A model generated the notes under the pieces. It had not been told where the DNA came from and did not search any database. It worked only from the letters and a program-made list of their open reading frames with translations. 64,000 nt of DNA, from positions 31,000,001 through 31,064,000 of the forward strand of contig OX638155.1 of the NCBI GenBank assembly GCA_951804945.1, written 5' to 3'. Every line of letters starts with the position of its first letter. Positions within the stretch are counted from its first letter, which is position 1. The position numbers and the translations under genes were made by a program. Origin of the DNA: Podarcis cretensis (Eukaryota). Positions 18,101 to 33,706 of this stretch are shown one piece after another.

Positions 18101-21100
18101 TTCGATATAAGCACACTGAATTTGGATCCCATTGAAATATATGGGACAAGTTAATCTTGACTAACTTGTCCCTTATATTTCAGTGAGATTCAGGTTCAAC
18201 AAATTTATTCTGGTTCTAATCATGTATTTATAACATTGTTGCTGTTTGTAGCTGATTATATATTAAAATTCTATCAGCTGGATATTAGGGCTGAGTGATG
18301 TCTGGTTCTTAATATCATGATATATTGCCAGATAAACATTGCAATATACAGATATATCACAATGTCTGAAATAAGGATGGAACTATGTAGAGGCGAATGG
18401 GGTAATGTCCTGGCAACTGCTACTACTTAGGGGTCTAAATCGGATACATTTTTTACTTATCTTTATCGTTATAACTGTTATTTTAAAGTACAGAGCAACA
18501 GGGGCTGCAGGATTCATAAGAAAAGCGATGACTGGCCACACTCATGATCCCTTCCAACTCTACAATTCTATGATTCTTTATCCACATCACAATTTATTTT
18601 TTTTACATAGCACATCACAATTCACAATATATCACCATGTTGTATACAGTTGTATCTTAGTTGTCTCGGACGTTTTGGCTCCCAAACGCCGCAAACCAGA
18701 AGTGATTGTTGCGGTTTGCAAACATTCTTTTGGAACCCGAACATCTGAGAGGGCTTCCGCAGCTTCTGATTGCAGCCAATCAGAAGCCGTGATTTGGTTT
18801 CTGAACATTTTGGAAGTCAGAAGGACTTCTGGAACGGATTCCATTTGACTTCCAAGGTACGGTAATATTATGAAACTGTTACCATAATGTGGACTTCAGA
18901 CTGATTTTGGACGATGTATTGATACATCTCCCAGCCCTATTAGATATGGGTATTTGACAGAAATCTGCTAATTGGACACTCCTGTGGGCAGAAGGTGATT
19001 TTCAGCAGTTCTTCCCCATCAACTGCCTGTGTACCTGCTTGATGGGAGACACCTAGAACAATGTAAGAGGTGGCATGGCAGACTGCAGTGAGAAGTAGGG
19101 ATGTTGTCACAAAACATCCTTCCTGTGGGAGCATGTGCTGAATTGTGTATTCCCATTCACAGATGGAAGAAGCCCTTCTGTTCAACTAAATACATTTTAA
19201 GTGATGTCAGAGGTGTAGAGGTAACTTTTTCTACTTAGACTTCTCAAAACTGTTCTATTAACAAAATCATCTCTTTATTGTTGGAATTGTATAGAATTTC
19301 ACTAATGCAAAAACATGTAGAGCCACAAGACAAATGGGAAATCTACATCTGCCTACTGTCCATTTTCCATCCACAGTATTCAAGGCTCTCAGTACTATTA
19401 TGCACTATTTTATATTGCCTTACATAAGAAAGGAAATCCCTTATAATTTGTATATGGTCTGTTCGGTATGTGCAATTTCATATACAGTCGTACCTTGGAT
19501 CTTGAACGATTTGCAAGACAAATGTTTTGGGTCCCGAACACCGCAAACTTGGAAGTGATTGTTCCGGTTTGCAAATGTTCTTTGGAACCAGAACATCCGT
19601 CGCTGGATTCAGAGACACATGGTGGAGCTTGCACCAGTTTTTCCAGCCTGTTGCATTCAGCCATACTGCACAATCCATCTGTTCTTTCCTGGAGGCCTTG
19701 CTGCTAAGATTAGTGAGAACAAATTGAGATTAAATTGAGAAAGTATATCAAAAATAGTTTCTAACTCCCCCCCCCCTTTGGTCTCTTAAAAGAGAAGGGT
19801 ACAGAGAGACCTGTTATGGTACAGAAGGAGCTATGGAAATTGGAGAAGAAAGAAGTGCAGGCAGTCATACCTGAGGGATGTGGAAAAGGGGATAGCAGAG
19901 AGATGGCGGTGTGGAGACCTATGGAGTGTAGGAAAAATGATTAGCAGAGGCATGGGCAGGACATATGGAAGGACATATGGAATGGGAAAACAAAAGAAGA
20001 TGCAAGATAGAGGTTCAAAGAAGATATTGCTATGTGGTGAAGGTACAAAAAGGGGTAGCATGAAGGTGTAAAGAGGTCTGTAAAGAGTAGAGAATGAATA
20101 GTAAGCAACAAAAATTGAGCTGTAGAGATACCTTTGCGTAGGGAAAGAGAAAAAGAATGGGTATCTGAGATGTGTACAGAGAAGAAGAAGCCATCCATTG
20201 GTCTACAGTAGAGGAAGAGAAGGTAACTAGGGTCACCATTGGCTCTGCTGAAGGAATGAGGCCTGCTTTCCATCTCCCCACTGAAGCTGCCTGCAAGAAT
20301 GGCTGTTACCAGGTAGCAGCTGAGGGAGAGGAAGATTTAAAGTTGCTTGTGTATTTGTTTTTTAAGATGTTTCTTGATACCATGCATATGTCTGAAGTGT
20401 ATGCCTAAGCAGAGTGGAGAAGCCTAGGAAGTACTGAGTGTCGCTCATATAATAACTTCTGATATGGCAAAGGTGTGCCTAAAGTTGTTCTAAGAAGGCC
20501 ACACAAAAAACTGCAAAAAAATTATTCTGGTTGTGTTTAAGCTTTGGTTTAAGGGTGTATGCTTGAATGGATTTAGATTTAATCCTAATCATTTTTGTGA
20601 GCAAATCCCCTTGAATTATTTGAGCAAACATGTTTAGGCCAAATTGTCAGAGTAGCATTCTTTTGGAAACATTTTGTTTGCTCTTTCTGCTATGCTCTCG
20701 ATTTCTGAAAGTTGTGTCAGTGCTTTATGTTAAACTCTGAATCATTTCAAAGACGTTGCATTGATTCTGAAAAACTTGGAATATGCCACAGTGAATGCGC
20801 ATTTTAAAGGTAGTATGTCATAAGGGCTACATTGCCACAGCATAATTTGTTCAGGCCCCTGTGGACTCTGCTTCATTTGATTTCAAAAGAAGTTTGAATG
20901 GTGATAGTCATATGCTAGATACCCCAGTCAGCAGTAGGGGACATTTTGAATGGCTACTGCTTATAGAAAGGGTGGGGAACCTCTCCCTATGTCAAAGGCT
21001 TCACCCACTCATGGGAAATATATCTGTGATGCACACCGGGCATTGACATAGCCAGAACTGGTGGTGAGCAGGGCTGATACCAAAAAGGGCCAGGGCCAGA

Positions 21101-24100
21101 ATTAACAGTAGGTCACCTGTTTTCTTTCTACCACCCCTCTCTCTGGCACTGTCTCTCTCTCACACACCTCTTCCCCCATCCCCATTACTTCCCCGCTGAA
21201 AAGCCCTTTGTCCTGCAATGAAACATAAGTTAGAGAAAAGTCCCAGTCATGTAAATAGTACCTTTTTTGTTGGCTTGATTGCTGGAAGGAGGGACAGCTG
21301 TGGGCCAGATCCCAAGGTGCCAAAAGCCATACGAACATTCTTGAAGAACTGTAATAGTTCCTATGTTTTGCAACTCTCTTCCATTGCATATCAGACAGGT
21401 GCCTTTTCTATTGCCTTTTTGGCATCTGCTAAAGATGTCCCTCTTTGAACAAACCCCTAAAATCTGTATCCAGGTTGGTACCTGTTTTGGATTGGAACTG
21501 GTCTTTTGTATTTGCTGTCATTTTAAACTCTTTCATATTTCTAATAATTTTTTTAAAAAACCAATGTGCAGTTGTTTTAAGTTTTTATTTATATACTGTT
21601 TTATATATATTGTTGTAAATTGCTTCAGGATGCCTCAAAGGAATTGACTCATAAATGAAATAATAGAAATAGGACTATTGTTTATTTACTAGAAAATAAA
21701 TACTAGTCTATTTAACAACACTTAGGAGCATTCTTAAATATAATAGTTTTGATTCAAGTATTTGTGTTTAAAATGCTTTTAATGTTATGCTTTCATGGTG
21801 GGAGAATCCTCCTGCAGGTCACTTTGGTGTCAAAATATTATGTGGTGAGATGACAATATGTGTTAGTACCGCTGATGCTGTCAGTGATCTAGATAAAACT
21901 TACCCCCAAGAAGGATTCAGACTTTGAATCCCAGGGTTGTAGTCATTGGTAGTTCAGTTTGGAGTAGATCCATTGAAATTAATGGTCCTGACCAACTTAA
22001 TTCTATTAATTTCAGTGCGTCTACTCTGAGTCTGGTGGAGTTTGATACAACATCTAAACATGGCAGTTAGCATGAAAATGTAATCTTACTGATATTATCA
22101 AAAATGTGTACTAAATTATAATGTGTGCCACACTCAAGCATTATTTATTTATCTATGGTTTGCTTCGCATGATACATCCCAAACTAAATAACAATAAAAA
22201 TATCAACAATAAAAACAAGCAACAACAACTTCAGATCCAATTTGGATGTGGAACGTTTTAATAATGTTCTATTATACTTAGTAATAAGCTCTTTTCTGAA
22301 ACAGATAACCTTGCATTCTGTATATTTGAGAATTTATCTTTTGGAAGTATCTGCGGTGTGTTAGTTTCCCCGAAGAAAAACAAGAGTGGAAATTTTTGTC
22401 TGGATCTTGCAAATATTTCTGCACCAAAATAGCATGCTCTCATATCAGTTTTTCTACAGTGGTTGGCCTGTAAATTGTAGGTGTATGAGGAGTCGACTAA
22501 TAACTCTTAGTGACCATAACAAATTACACATCCCAGGATCCTTTGGGAGAAACCATGATTCTTAAAGTGTTTTAAATGTATGATATGGATCTGATCATTG
22601 ATGAAAGAATAGTTGGCCCCCATTGTGCAATGTTACCCTAAAAATGAGACCCTCCTGTTTTGGGCAGTGATTATTACTGGTAGCTATCTTTAACCCTAGT
22701 TTCTGTTAACTGAGTCCCCCTTATTCTGTACTCATCATAGATAGTATATAGGCATTTCTGCTATCATTTTTTAAAAAAATAAAACTCAAAATTGATAACC
22801 AAAATTGAGTTAGATACTGATGCATGGGGAGTGATCCTGCTTAGCACTGGGCTCTCCTATGCACCCAGGCCCAGCACAAAGCAATACCACCGCTCTCCCT
22901 TCACATTGCCTGATGTGAAGGGAGAATGATCCTGTTTTAGCGTTAAATCCTCACTTTGTGCAGTGCTTCATAGGCTCCCAGGAACCAGTTGGTTGTCTGG
23001 TTCTTTGGAAGCTGCACAAAGCAGAGATTGAACAAGTCCTAACCTTCCAGTCAAGTACCAACCACAATGCCCTCAAGGGCCAAACGAGGAAGCCTGGTAG
23101 GGCAAGATTGGCACGTGAGCCAGGCATTCCCCACCTCTGCTATATGCAACAAAGGGAGGTTGTTCTCACAAAGTACCATCTCAATAGGATAACAATTATT
23201 AGAAGAGCTAATAGTTACATGTCAGTTATTGATCCAATGGACTACATTTTTTTAAAAGTCTGTCCCCTAAGAATGTGTCTAAAGATATAGTGGATCTGAA
23301 CTAAAACATTCTCAATTTGACCTTCTGATGATGATGGTTTTTAAAGCCATGCTTGCCTTGAAGAGGAGTCACTATTCTTTACTACTCAGTAATGAGATGG
23401 CTTGAGGCTTAGAACACTACTGCTTGCTTTCCTCTCTGTGATCATGACCTTGAATACATTTTAGTTGTCCCTTTCTGAAGTTTAAATGAATTTATTACTC
23501 ACGAACACATTAACAGCAGGTTGTTCTGAAATGAATATTGTAATCCATTACTAGCCTGGAAGTGTAGTAAAAGCTGCCTTATATAGGAGGTAAAAACAGA
23601 GATTGTAATTTTAAAAGTATCTGTAATAGGTTAGCCCTGATAAAAAGCATAGCTTTATCTGTCTTAATTTTTAAGCTTTTAAAATTCGTAACACTCTGAC
23701 TATATGTAGTTTAGATGGTCAAAAATCATTATTGTTGCACATAATTTTATAATTTATCTGTAACTTGTGTCAATCTCAAATTTGTCTTTAAACATAGGTG
23801 TTCTAATTTGCTGTTTTCCACACTTTGCTAACCAATTGGTGACTAACTTGGCACTCTTAACATAAAGGGTCAAGTAACTGAAAAAGGTGTATTCCATTTA
23901 GGCCTAATGCATTTAAATATGGAAAATAGAAATCAGGATTTACCATAAAACTAGCCCAGTCAGAAGGCCACAAACTGCAGTACTTGATTGAGGTTCAGAC
24001 TCATAACAGTAAAAAACAAAAGTATTATAAAGAATACACTGTTCTCCAGTGATACTGATCAGGCTTAATGCCTCTGACAAAGCCAAGTGGTAGAAATGTG

Positions 24101-27100
24101 AAGAACCTGAACAACTGTGACCTACATTGGAATTGCAAAGTTGCCAATAAACTATGGGCAGAAGTCAGACAGTGAATCATCTTTACTCACAGACTTATTT
24201 GTGAGTTACCTTTTGGTCTTTTAATGATTGGGCAAATGATAAATTACAAATTTTAATAGATTCCTGTTCAGCCTGAAGGCTCCCAGAAGGGCTTACACAC
24301 TTTAAAAACAAACAAACCCCAATACAACACAACTGCTAAAAGTTAGTACAGTGGTGCCTCGCAAGACGAAATTAATCCGTTCCGTGAGGCTCTTCGTATA
24401 GCGGTTTTTTCGTCTTGCGAAGCAAGCCCATTGACAGTTTAGCAGATTAGCGCTATTAGCGGTTTAGCGGCTTTTAGCGATCAGCTGTTAAGCGGCTTAT
24501 CAGCGGATCAGCTGATAAGCGGCTTAGCGGCTTAGGAAAAAGGGGGGGGGGGACCCGCAGGAACTCGCAAGACATTTTTGTCTTGCGAAGCAAGCCCATA
24601 GGGAAATTCATTTTGCGAAGCGCCTCCAAAACGGAAAACCCTTTCGTCTACGGGTTTTCCGTCTTGCGAGGCGTTCGTCTTGCGGGGCACCACTGTAGAA
24701 CAGAAACATCATAAAAATTGAGTTACACTGACACACATGTCTTAATTCTGTCAGTTGGATTGTGGACATGTGCTCTACAGGGAGCTGTTTTTAAAAACTC
24801 TTCAGAAACTTCTGCTTTTCCAGAATGCAGCAACTAAAAGTTTGACCAGAGCCAGTTTTTGGAGGAATGCATGTGATAGCCCCCTTGCCTTTTGCAACAA
24901 TTCACTGACTTCAGGCCCATTTCAAAGTGTTGACTAGCTTTTTAAGTCCTCTACAGTTAATACTTAAAGAACTGTATCCTCTCATATGAGCCTGCCCACT
25001 CATTGTTTGAAGTTACAAGTGTTAGCATCCACACTTTACTATTACATCTGTGATATTTTATATGTAATGATTCAGATATGCCATAACACATGTGTTCTGA
25101 TAATTTGAAGTTCTTACTCCTAGATGGTGCCAACATCTGCTATGGAGCCTATCCATTTGTGGGGGTGTCAGTTTGTGTGGAGCAATATACTTCGGGTTTC
25201 AAGTCTGTTGTGTTATATAATTATTCCTTCACTGAAGGTAGAACAGAAATTGTTTGCAATTACCTTGTTTCCTTTGGCTCAGTGGTTTTTAATCCTTGGA
25301 TTATTGCTGAATGTATGCTACTCTTAATATCCCGACTATTTACATTGAATTAGATTGGATTGCGGGGGGGGGGGGGGTATGCCTTTTAAGTAAAATTTCT
25401 GTGCTTCAAAAGTGTATGTTAAAGGTAATTGTGTTCATTTCAGGAAACAAACTAAAAGTCAAATGTGTGGATTATTTTCTCAAAGTGAAAGAGATGACTC
25501 CATAGGTTGAACAATCTTGCAGTTCTGAATAATTTTGGGGAGCGAAATCTTGCTTTTGTTTTCCCTGTATGTCTTGACATCACTTAGGAGCTGGGTTCTC
25601 TTGTTCACTTCAAAAGGATTCATTAGCAAGGGTCTACAACAGGGGTCAGCAACCTTATTCAGTCGTGGGCCAGTCCACCGTCCCTCAGACCATGTGGTGG
25701 GCTGGACTATTTTTTTTTTGGGGGGGGGAAATGAACGAATTCCTGTGCCCCACAAAGAACCCAGAAATGCATTTGAAATAAAAACACACATTCTATTCAT
25801 GTAAAAACACCAGGCAGGCTTCACAAATAACTCAGAGATGCATTTCAAATAAAAAAACACACTGATTCTCAGACCGTCCGCGGGCCGGATTGAGAAGGTG
25901 ATTGGGCCGTATCCGGCCCACGGGCCTTAGGTTGCCTACCCCTGCTCTACAAATTGAGCCTGGCCTTGGGACCAACCGAAAACATGTAGTTTCCAGGGCC
26001 TTGCTCCTCCCCTAAAGTGTAGAAATATAATTTCTGACCTCATGGCATGCCTTTGAGACTAAACTTTTATTTTGGCACTGTGTTACTGATGCACTCAAAG
26101 CACCTTGGCGGCAGGGCATCAAAATGAACAAATCGAAAAGGGGTTGTCCCTTTCATTGCACTGTGTTTTGAACACTCTGGGAAAGATGCCTGTTGCCTGT
26201 TCCACCACCAAGCTTGGGTGGAAGATGGGGATTGGTCATGTGCATCATAGAGTAGCAGAACTGAGGTGACGGCTGCACATTGGGGATGTTTCTGTGCTAG
26301 ATGACTACACTGAGGAATCATGGGTTAAAGCGTAAATGGTAGAATGCAAGCACCTGTTTGGAACATGAATATAATTGGAACAGAAGTTATAACAGATTTG
26401 CTATTTCAGGCAGCTTCATAGCATTGTAAACAACTACCAACAGCCTGTTGGTAGGTTCTAGTAATAACTTTGTCAACTGGGCCTTTGTTATTCTAGATAT
26501 AATTTAAAAACATTATTTCTTTCTTAAAAACAGGGGATTGTAAATATCGTTAAGGAATCTGTGAAGAGTATTGTTCCAGCTTGGCTTCAGAGATATTTCA
26601 GGCAAAGCGAAGAGGAATCCCCAAGTGAACAAAGGAGCTTAGAGGAGAATGTAAACTATCATCCTGCCTTTGAAGATGATGATGCTGACAATACCCTTGA
26701 GATTGATGGACGAATTACTCCCGAGCCAACAAGAATTACTTTAGATGGTAGGCTAAATATCTTCTCCAACCTCACAGCTAGTGTCTAACAATTTGTTCTA
26801 GAGATCTATTTACAAATATCAAAACATTTTAATGGTTTTCTTAACTGCAAACTGAGGGATGCTATTTTATATACGTCAAATATTCTGTTAAAAGAGAGTA
26901 ATTATAGACCCCTTGATATTCTGGTGCAGGGGTAGGGAACCTCAACCTACTGGCCAACCTTAGCTTGCCAAGGGTTCAAATTTTCTTCCAAAAGGCCATT
27001 TTTAAAACCACACCCATCTCCTAATCTGATGGGCAGATGACGTCAGCAGATTAGCAGGAGACTGGTTTTAGTTTTGCAAGTTCCTGTTCCCTGTGAGGAA

Positions 27101-30100
27101 CAACACATGCATGGTCGATCTTTGCAGAAAGCAGGATATAATTCTGTCCCCATCAGCTGATGAGCAGGTATTTCAGTCCTGCCAGGTTAAATCCAACTCT
27201 GTAATTACTCATCCTCCACAGGCCATCTTTGACAGGTGGTTGAGACCTGATGTCAATATAAGATCAGAAATAATGGCATTCCCAAGGGTATAAGGAAAGT
27301 TTTCTTGTACGCAACCGCGGCCGCGAGGGTGCTTATTGCGACATACTGGAAAAAGGACAAACTCCCTACAAGAGCTGAACGGTTACTCAAATTGACAGAA
27401 TATGCGGAATTACCATCTCTTTCGGAAAGAATCAGAGACAAGCCCAGACAGGAGTTCATTGTAGAATGGAATAATTTCAATAATTATTTGAAAAGCAGCT
27501 GTAACTTAAGCAAGGTTACATCCTTTGAATTATTTCTGTAAATAGTACGTATGAAGGAAAACAATATCGAAATAGAAAAGAGAATTTTCACAATACAATA
27601 ATGATAAACTAAAGCAAGATGCTTAATATAAAGGAAAATACGGAGAGGATGGGAAGTCATAGGTTCGCGTAGAAAATACATGGTTGAAATTGTATGTATC
27701 TTTTGTGAACATTGTTATCTTTATTGGACTGATTGAAATAAAGATGACTACGTGTTGTATATATATGGAAAACGAATAATAAAGCATTTTTAAAAGTTTT
27801 TTTAAAAGATCATAAATAATGGGAGAAATAAAAGTCTTCTTCACCCTCCCCTGCCAAAAATCTTGCCCACCCTACTCTGGTGTGTGTTACTTCAGCATTA
27901 TTGTGAAATGTTGGACACAATGTTTCGGCCGACACCATTTTACCTACTAGCATTACCATGCACTGTTTTTTGAGACCAACATTCTAAGCATTGCACTAGT
28001 ACTCAATTATAATTCTGGGGTTTTAAAACATTTTTTAGTATACCTAGTATGGCAAGAGTATACCTAGTATGGCAAGAGATGAACAAACACGATTCAGTGC
28101 AATATATATGATCCTGCTGTGTGATAAGGAGATGTGTATCTCTGATTGCTTTACCACTCCACACTCCCCCCAAAAAGTTGATGTAAATGTTCCGTAACTT
28201 CTGCACAGTAGGGTCTTGGCATCCAAACCTGAGCTGAGAGATTTTTAAGTGCTATTCTTTCATGTTCTCATCCATTCTCCTAGTCTGAAATGTTGCTGTG
28301 GAATAAAAATTTAATCGCCAACAATTAAGTGATAAGCTTACCATTGATCACTACTAATATATATTTTTTTCCAAATGGAACCAAAGCTTTGAACTGGTAA
28401 CCCTTTGCATTGGATGGGTAGCCTCTTTTTTATATTATTATAATTTTATTTATTTATTTGAATTTATATACCACCCTTTATCAAAAGATTCCAGGGTGTT
28501 TAAAAACACATTGCAGAACATCAATAATAAAAATCTCATTAAAAACATTGACAGATAGCCTAATATCCTACCATTAGGATTATTGGAAAGAGAAAATGTT
28601 AGTCATGCAGTTCCCTTTCCCAGAGATAGGTGAGTAATGCAGTTTATATTCTAGAGAGCTGATACAATTGAACTTGTAGCAAAATATTTTTATAATTATT
28701 TACACATGGATAGACAAACAATTGTTTTGTGGCTTTCAAATTACTCAGGGTGGTATTCCTTGCATTTTAGATTTAACTTGTCATGTTAAAATATTCTGTT
28801 GTTATTATTAGGAATCTATTTAAACACTAGAGTATAGATTGGCATACCCAGGATCATCTTTTGTTTTGTTTTTAACATCGCAACTAATATTTCACTGTCA
28901 GTGCTATCATTTATATTGTGTTGTAGTAATGTAGTACTTGGAAGAAATGTAGTAGCTATTCTCAGATGGATAGATGAAACCATACATGTATGTGGCACAG
29001 GTTAAATTTAGCTTATCGTCTATTTTTTACACTTGAAGCTTAGCAATAGAACTAGTGTTGACAGTAAATAGCTTTTGACTGTTCCATATGCATACCTGCA
29101 ACTTAAGATAATTCTGATTGTGCTGCTTTGTTCCTCTTTAGAGCCCTCGACAAGTAGATCTGGTTTAAGCTTCACAGATATTTTAACAAGACCCTCTCTC
29201 CACCGGAGTCATCTTAATTTCAACATCTTGGATTCCCCACCTCCACTTTGTCAACCCTCCACATCATCTGCATTTCCAATTAGTAATTCTGGACTTTCAC
29301 TTGGGAAAGAAATGAAAGATTCTACCTCTCAGCATGATGATGACAACATCTCAACTACAAGTGGCTTTTCTTCAAGGGCGTCTGATAAAGGTAACAAAGT
29401 TCACCAGAATCATTAGGATCTTTTTGTATGATTATTCCATAACGTGACTAGGTTTTGTTATACTGACATCACTTTAGAAGAGATGGTGCACAAATGGCAG
29501 ATATTAACTGTGCATTTTAAGACTCTTATGTTATTAATGCAATGTTATTTTGGGGGAGTGGGGAGAGGCAGCAGAGTATGAGGAAAGGAAGTTATCCCAT
29601 GGTCCTTTGATGCAGAGAGCCAAATAGGTGTGTTAATATATCTCTGCTATTTTTCACCCAAAGGACCCCCAAAGCAGCTTGCAAACAACATGAAACACAA
29701 TTAAGAATAGGAACAGATGAGAGCAGCAACTAATAAAACATAGCAGTATATTTTTAAAAGAACACAGTAACAACAGGAGTCAGCCATCACAAGCTAGTCT
29801 TAGAAAAATAAATTAGGCACTTTTAAAAGCCCATTGGGACGGTGTCCACCATTAAGGGCCAGTGTTGTTGTTGTTGTTGCCAAGGGGTGTGTGGAAAACC
29901 TACTAGATCAGAACTGTTAAGACCTATGTATCATGAATTCCCACTTGGTAAATTATATATGTTTTCCTTTTGGGAAAGGAAGAGGGGAGAAAACCCTTCC
30001 TCCTTTCACTCCATTCCTCACTTCTTTCCCTCTATCCCTCCCTTCTTTCCATGAGCTAGATAAAGAAAAGTAGTGTATTTTCTTTCAAATAATTTCTGGA

Positions 30101-33100
30101 CTGCATTCAAGTGATGCTGCAAAATGGGAAATGTAGGGGGACAAAATTTTAATATTGTGGTTATCGTAGTATTAATGATCACTATTTTATAATATAAAAA
30201 AGGCATTGATGCAGTTGTCTACACATGTTGTCTTTTTAGATATAACAGTTTCAAAAGTTGCTTCAGTACCACCTCTTTGGTCCTCTGAGAGTGAAAGACT
30301 TGTCTCCCTTTCTCAGCATTCAGCCACCAGCTCTAAAAAGCCTGGCTTTAATCTGTCTGCTTTTGGAGCACTTTCCCCTGTAAGTACTGTGCAACGTTTG
30401 CTTTAACTATGTTACTTGTGTATCCATTTTGCTAATTAGATATCAATATGTGTTTGCAGTCACTTGGTAATGCATCAGCTTTTAAGACAAGCCAGCTTGG
30501 GAATTCTCCATTTTATCCTGGAAAAACCATGTATGGTGGTGCAGCTGCAGCAGCAAGGCAGTCTAAAGCACGGATTACTCCTTATCAGGTAACAGAAATG
30601 CTGGTGATCTATGGAGGATGTGAAAGAAGAAGCTACTTATATTAATAATTCTGATAGAGCTTTTCACTTTGTACTTTCCATAGTATATGCATACAAGTAT
30701 TTCATTGTTTTGGTAACAATAACTTTAGTGATGCAGCTCTACAAATGAATCTCATTTGTACAATACAAATGAATCTCAGCCTGTTCTGGTTCATATGTAA
30801 CGTTAAATTATGGCTACTTAAAAAACAGAAATGAGTGCTGTCTCCTTGTGGCCGTGCTGGGGGAGAGGAGTGGGGAACTGTCAAGCCAGAAACTCTGTGT
30901 TGTCACCACCCACCTTTCCACTGGCAGAAATTCACTCTTTAGAGGGTACACCTGGTGGGCAGGGCAATCTGCTTGCCAGTTCAACTTACCACCAGCCTCA
31001 CTGCAGGTCACTCTTGTGGGCAGCTCTGTGTACTGTAAAAGAGAAAAGGCGGGAATCCCATTTTGGAAGGGATCATGGCTTAAAATAACTATTCAGTTTC
31101 TAAACAAGTCATTGTTAAACCATGGTCTTCGAAGCTGCCTTGTGTACCTAAGCCACTTGTTTTCATCATATGTGAAATGATTTTGCGCAATGAAACATAA
31201 ACTTTAGCAACGACCTTTCTTGTAGCCAAGCAGGAGGAGAAGAGGGAAGGATGGAGTTTGTGAGCCTGAAACTTTGCTCATTCTAGCCCATGCACATAAT
31301 CTTAAACTGGGTTTAGTGCAGGCTTCCTCAGCCTTGGCCCTCCAGATGTTTTTGGTCTACAACTCCCATGATCCCTAGCTAGCAGGACCAGTGGTCAGGG
31401 ATGATGGGAATTGTAGTCTCAAAAACATCTGGAGAGCTGAGGTTGAGGAAGCCTGGTTTAGTGTTACATGTGAACCAGAGCAGTGGTAAAATGTGGCTTA
31501 GCATGACTTGCAAATGTCCAAACAGGTTATTTGCTGAATTTGGATGTGACAATAAGGCATTGCAAGAATGTATCATGGTGAAACTTGAGTTTGCAGTGTG
31601 TGAGGGCATAACAACTATAATTTAAGTTGTAAACTTTTTGTGGGCAAGAACCTGTCATCTGTTCCCTCTGAAACACCTGAAGTCCATGTTCACTGATAAT
31701 GTATATATGATGGATATTAATATGTATGAGGCCTACAGAAAATACTCTCATTAGGCTACCTGGGCCACGTTGAGTATATTTGAGTCCTTTCTCTCCAAAT
31801 CCCTTCTAGACCTTTGGAGATCAATATGATAACTGACTGTAATAGTGTGTAGACCCAAAGCTTCAAATCACACAATGTAACATCCATAATCTTGTTTTTT
31901 AAGACACCAGTAAGAAGGCAGATGAAAGCCAAGCAAGTGAATGCACAATCTTACGGAGTGACAAGTTCTACTGCACGGCGCATCCTGCAGTCTCTGGAGA
32001 AGATGTCAAGCCCAATAGCGGTAAATTTCTCTTTGAAAAGTTATTTATTCAGTACATAACATGAAGCTTTCTAATCCTGTATTGCATTAGGCAAACTCTT
32101 GCTTTGAATACATATAGTTTAACTTACTTCAGTGTTGTTGTTTTTCCAACAGGATGCTAAAAGAATCCCATCTTCTTCATTTTCATCTGTAAGTTAGTTT
32201 TCAAACTTTTTTAATGCACGGAGTTGTTGTTGTTTTAATCACGCTTGTTAATTTGGGTGTTTTGTTTTCCAGCCTGCGGAAAGAAGTATGCAGAATATCA
32301 CTGACTTCCATTCACCAAGGAAAAGGGTAAGTTAACTTCCATGTCTTAGTTGCTTCTAAGTGGTGTAGAACTGTTTTATATTTTATGTTTGATATGCAGC
32401 AGACATGAAATTGCCTATAGATAGCTGCTGGTATTTGCCTACTTGTGTTTTAAAAAAATCCATTTACTTGGTTTTGAAATTTGGAACCTAGAGCAAATGT
32501 TAGTGGAATGCTAAATTAAGCTTTTATAAAACCAGTGTTGTAGTCAATGAATAAATTCATAACTTGCACTACATCTGTATCTTCTGTCTTTAATATACCT
32601 ATCAGATCTGTTTGTGTCATCCAGACTAAAATGTGCAACAAGGAGAAAACAAGAGGCTTATGTTTACATGCTAGAGGTGCCCTATGTAAGGTTAAAGTTA
32701 GCGGAATAAGGCAAAACTTCCACATGGTTTGCTAGATCTTCTGTCCTCAATGAGAGTTGTTGAAGATATCATTGTGGGGGAAATACCATTTTGGAGGCCC
32801 TACTCTAAGTGTAACAGACTTTAGGAAATGGTATCTCTTTGTGAGTAGTGGGTAGAACCTAATGAAGTCAGTTTTTAAAAAATCATTTATTTGCAGGATT
32901 GGCCAGGTATAAGCAAGCACTCTTTCAGCTTAAATTTGCAGGTTGTTGACTCACACTTGTGCAGAAACATGGAACACTAGCTAACACTAGCTAACACTAG
33001 CTAACACTAGCTAACAGGCAAACTAGAGATGTCAGAAAGAAAACTCTGTACCCAGCTGTCATTAAGTGAAAAAAAGAGGAATTGTCTATTCATACTGTAG

Positions 33101-33658
33101 TAAATGGTTGGCAGCAGTAATTCTTGGCCAAGAAAGGTTTGCTGGTGATTTGCCACCGAAGCGAGTGGGCTGTCAACAGTCCACTTAATTTCTTGAGTAA
33201 AACCGTTACAGATGTCTGTACAGTTGGTATTCTAAAGACCTGGGTCTTCAATCTGGAACTTATCTGCATTAATCAGATAATTATAACTTATTTTTAATGC
33301 CTTGAATTGTTCAAACAGTGATACAGAGTTTTTATGGTGAACATCATTTGGAAGTTGCACATTACTTTCAGGGCCTACTTCTATCAAAATAGCCTTTAAA
33401 ATTCAAAATTTTTGTCACTATTTCTGAACAAATAATTAGATGCAAACCAGTTTTATTGTAGAGGGCAGGGGGAGAGATCATTACTACTTGTAAAGATAAG
33501 CAAAAAATTTGGACTCATTTTGCTATTTTCTGAATACAACACTACAATGTTGGATTAATACTAGATAGTAGTCATTTGTGTAGTTCAGTGGTTCTCAAAC
33601 CTTTTTTCACTGGGCCACACTTCCAGAATAAAAATTTTCTCAAGCCATACTGATGTTT

Positions 33659-33706
<48 letters not shown>

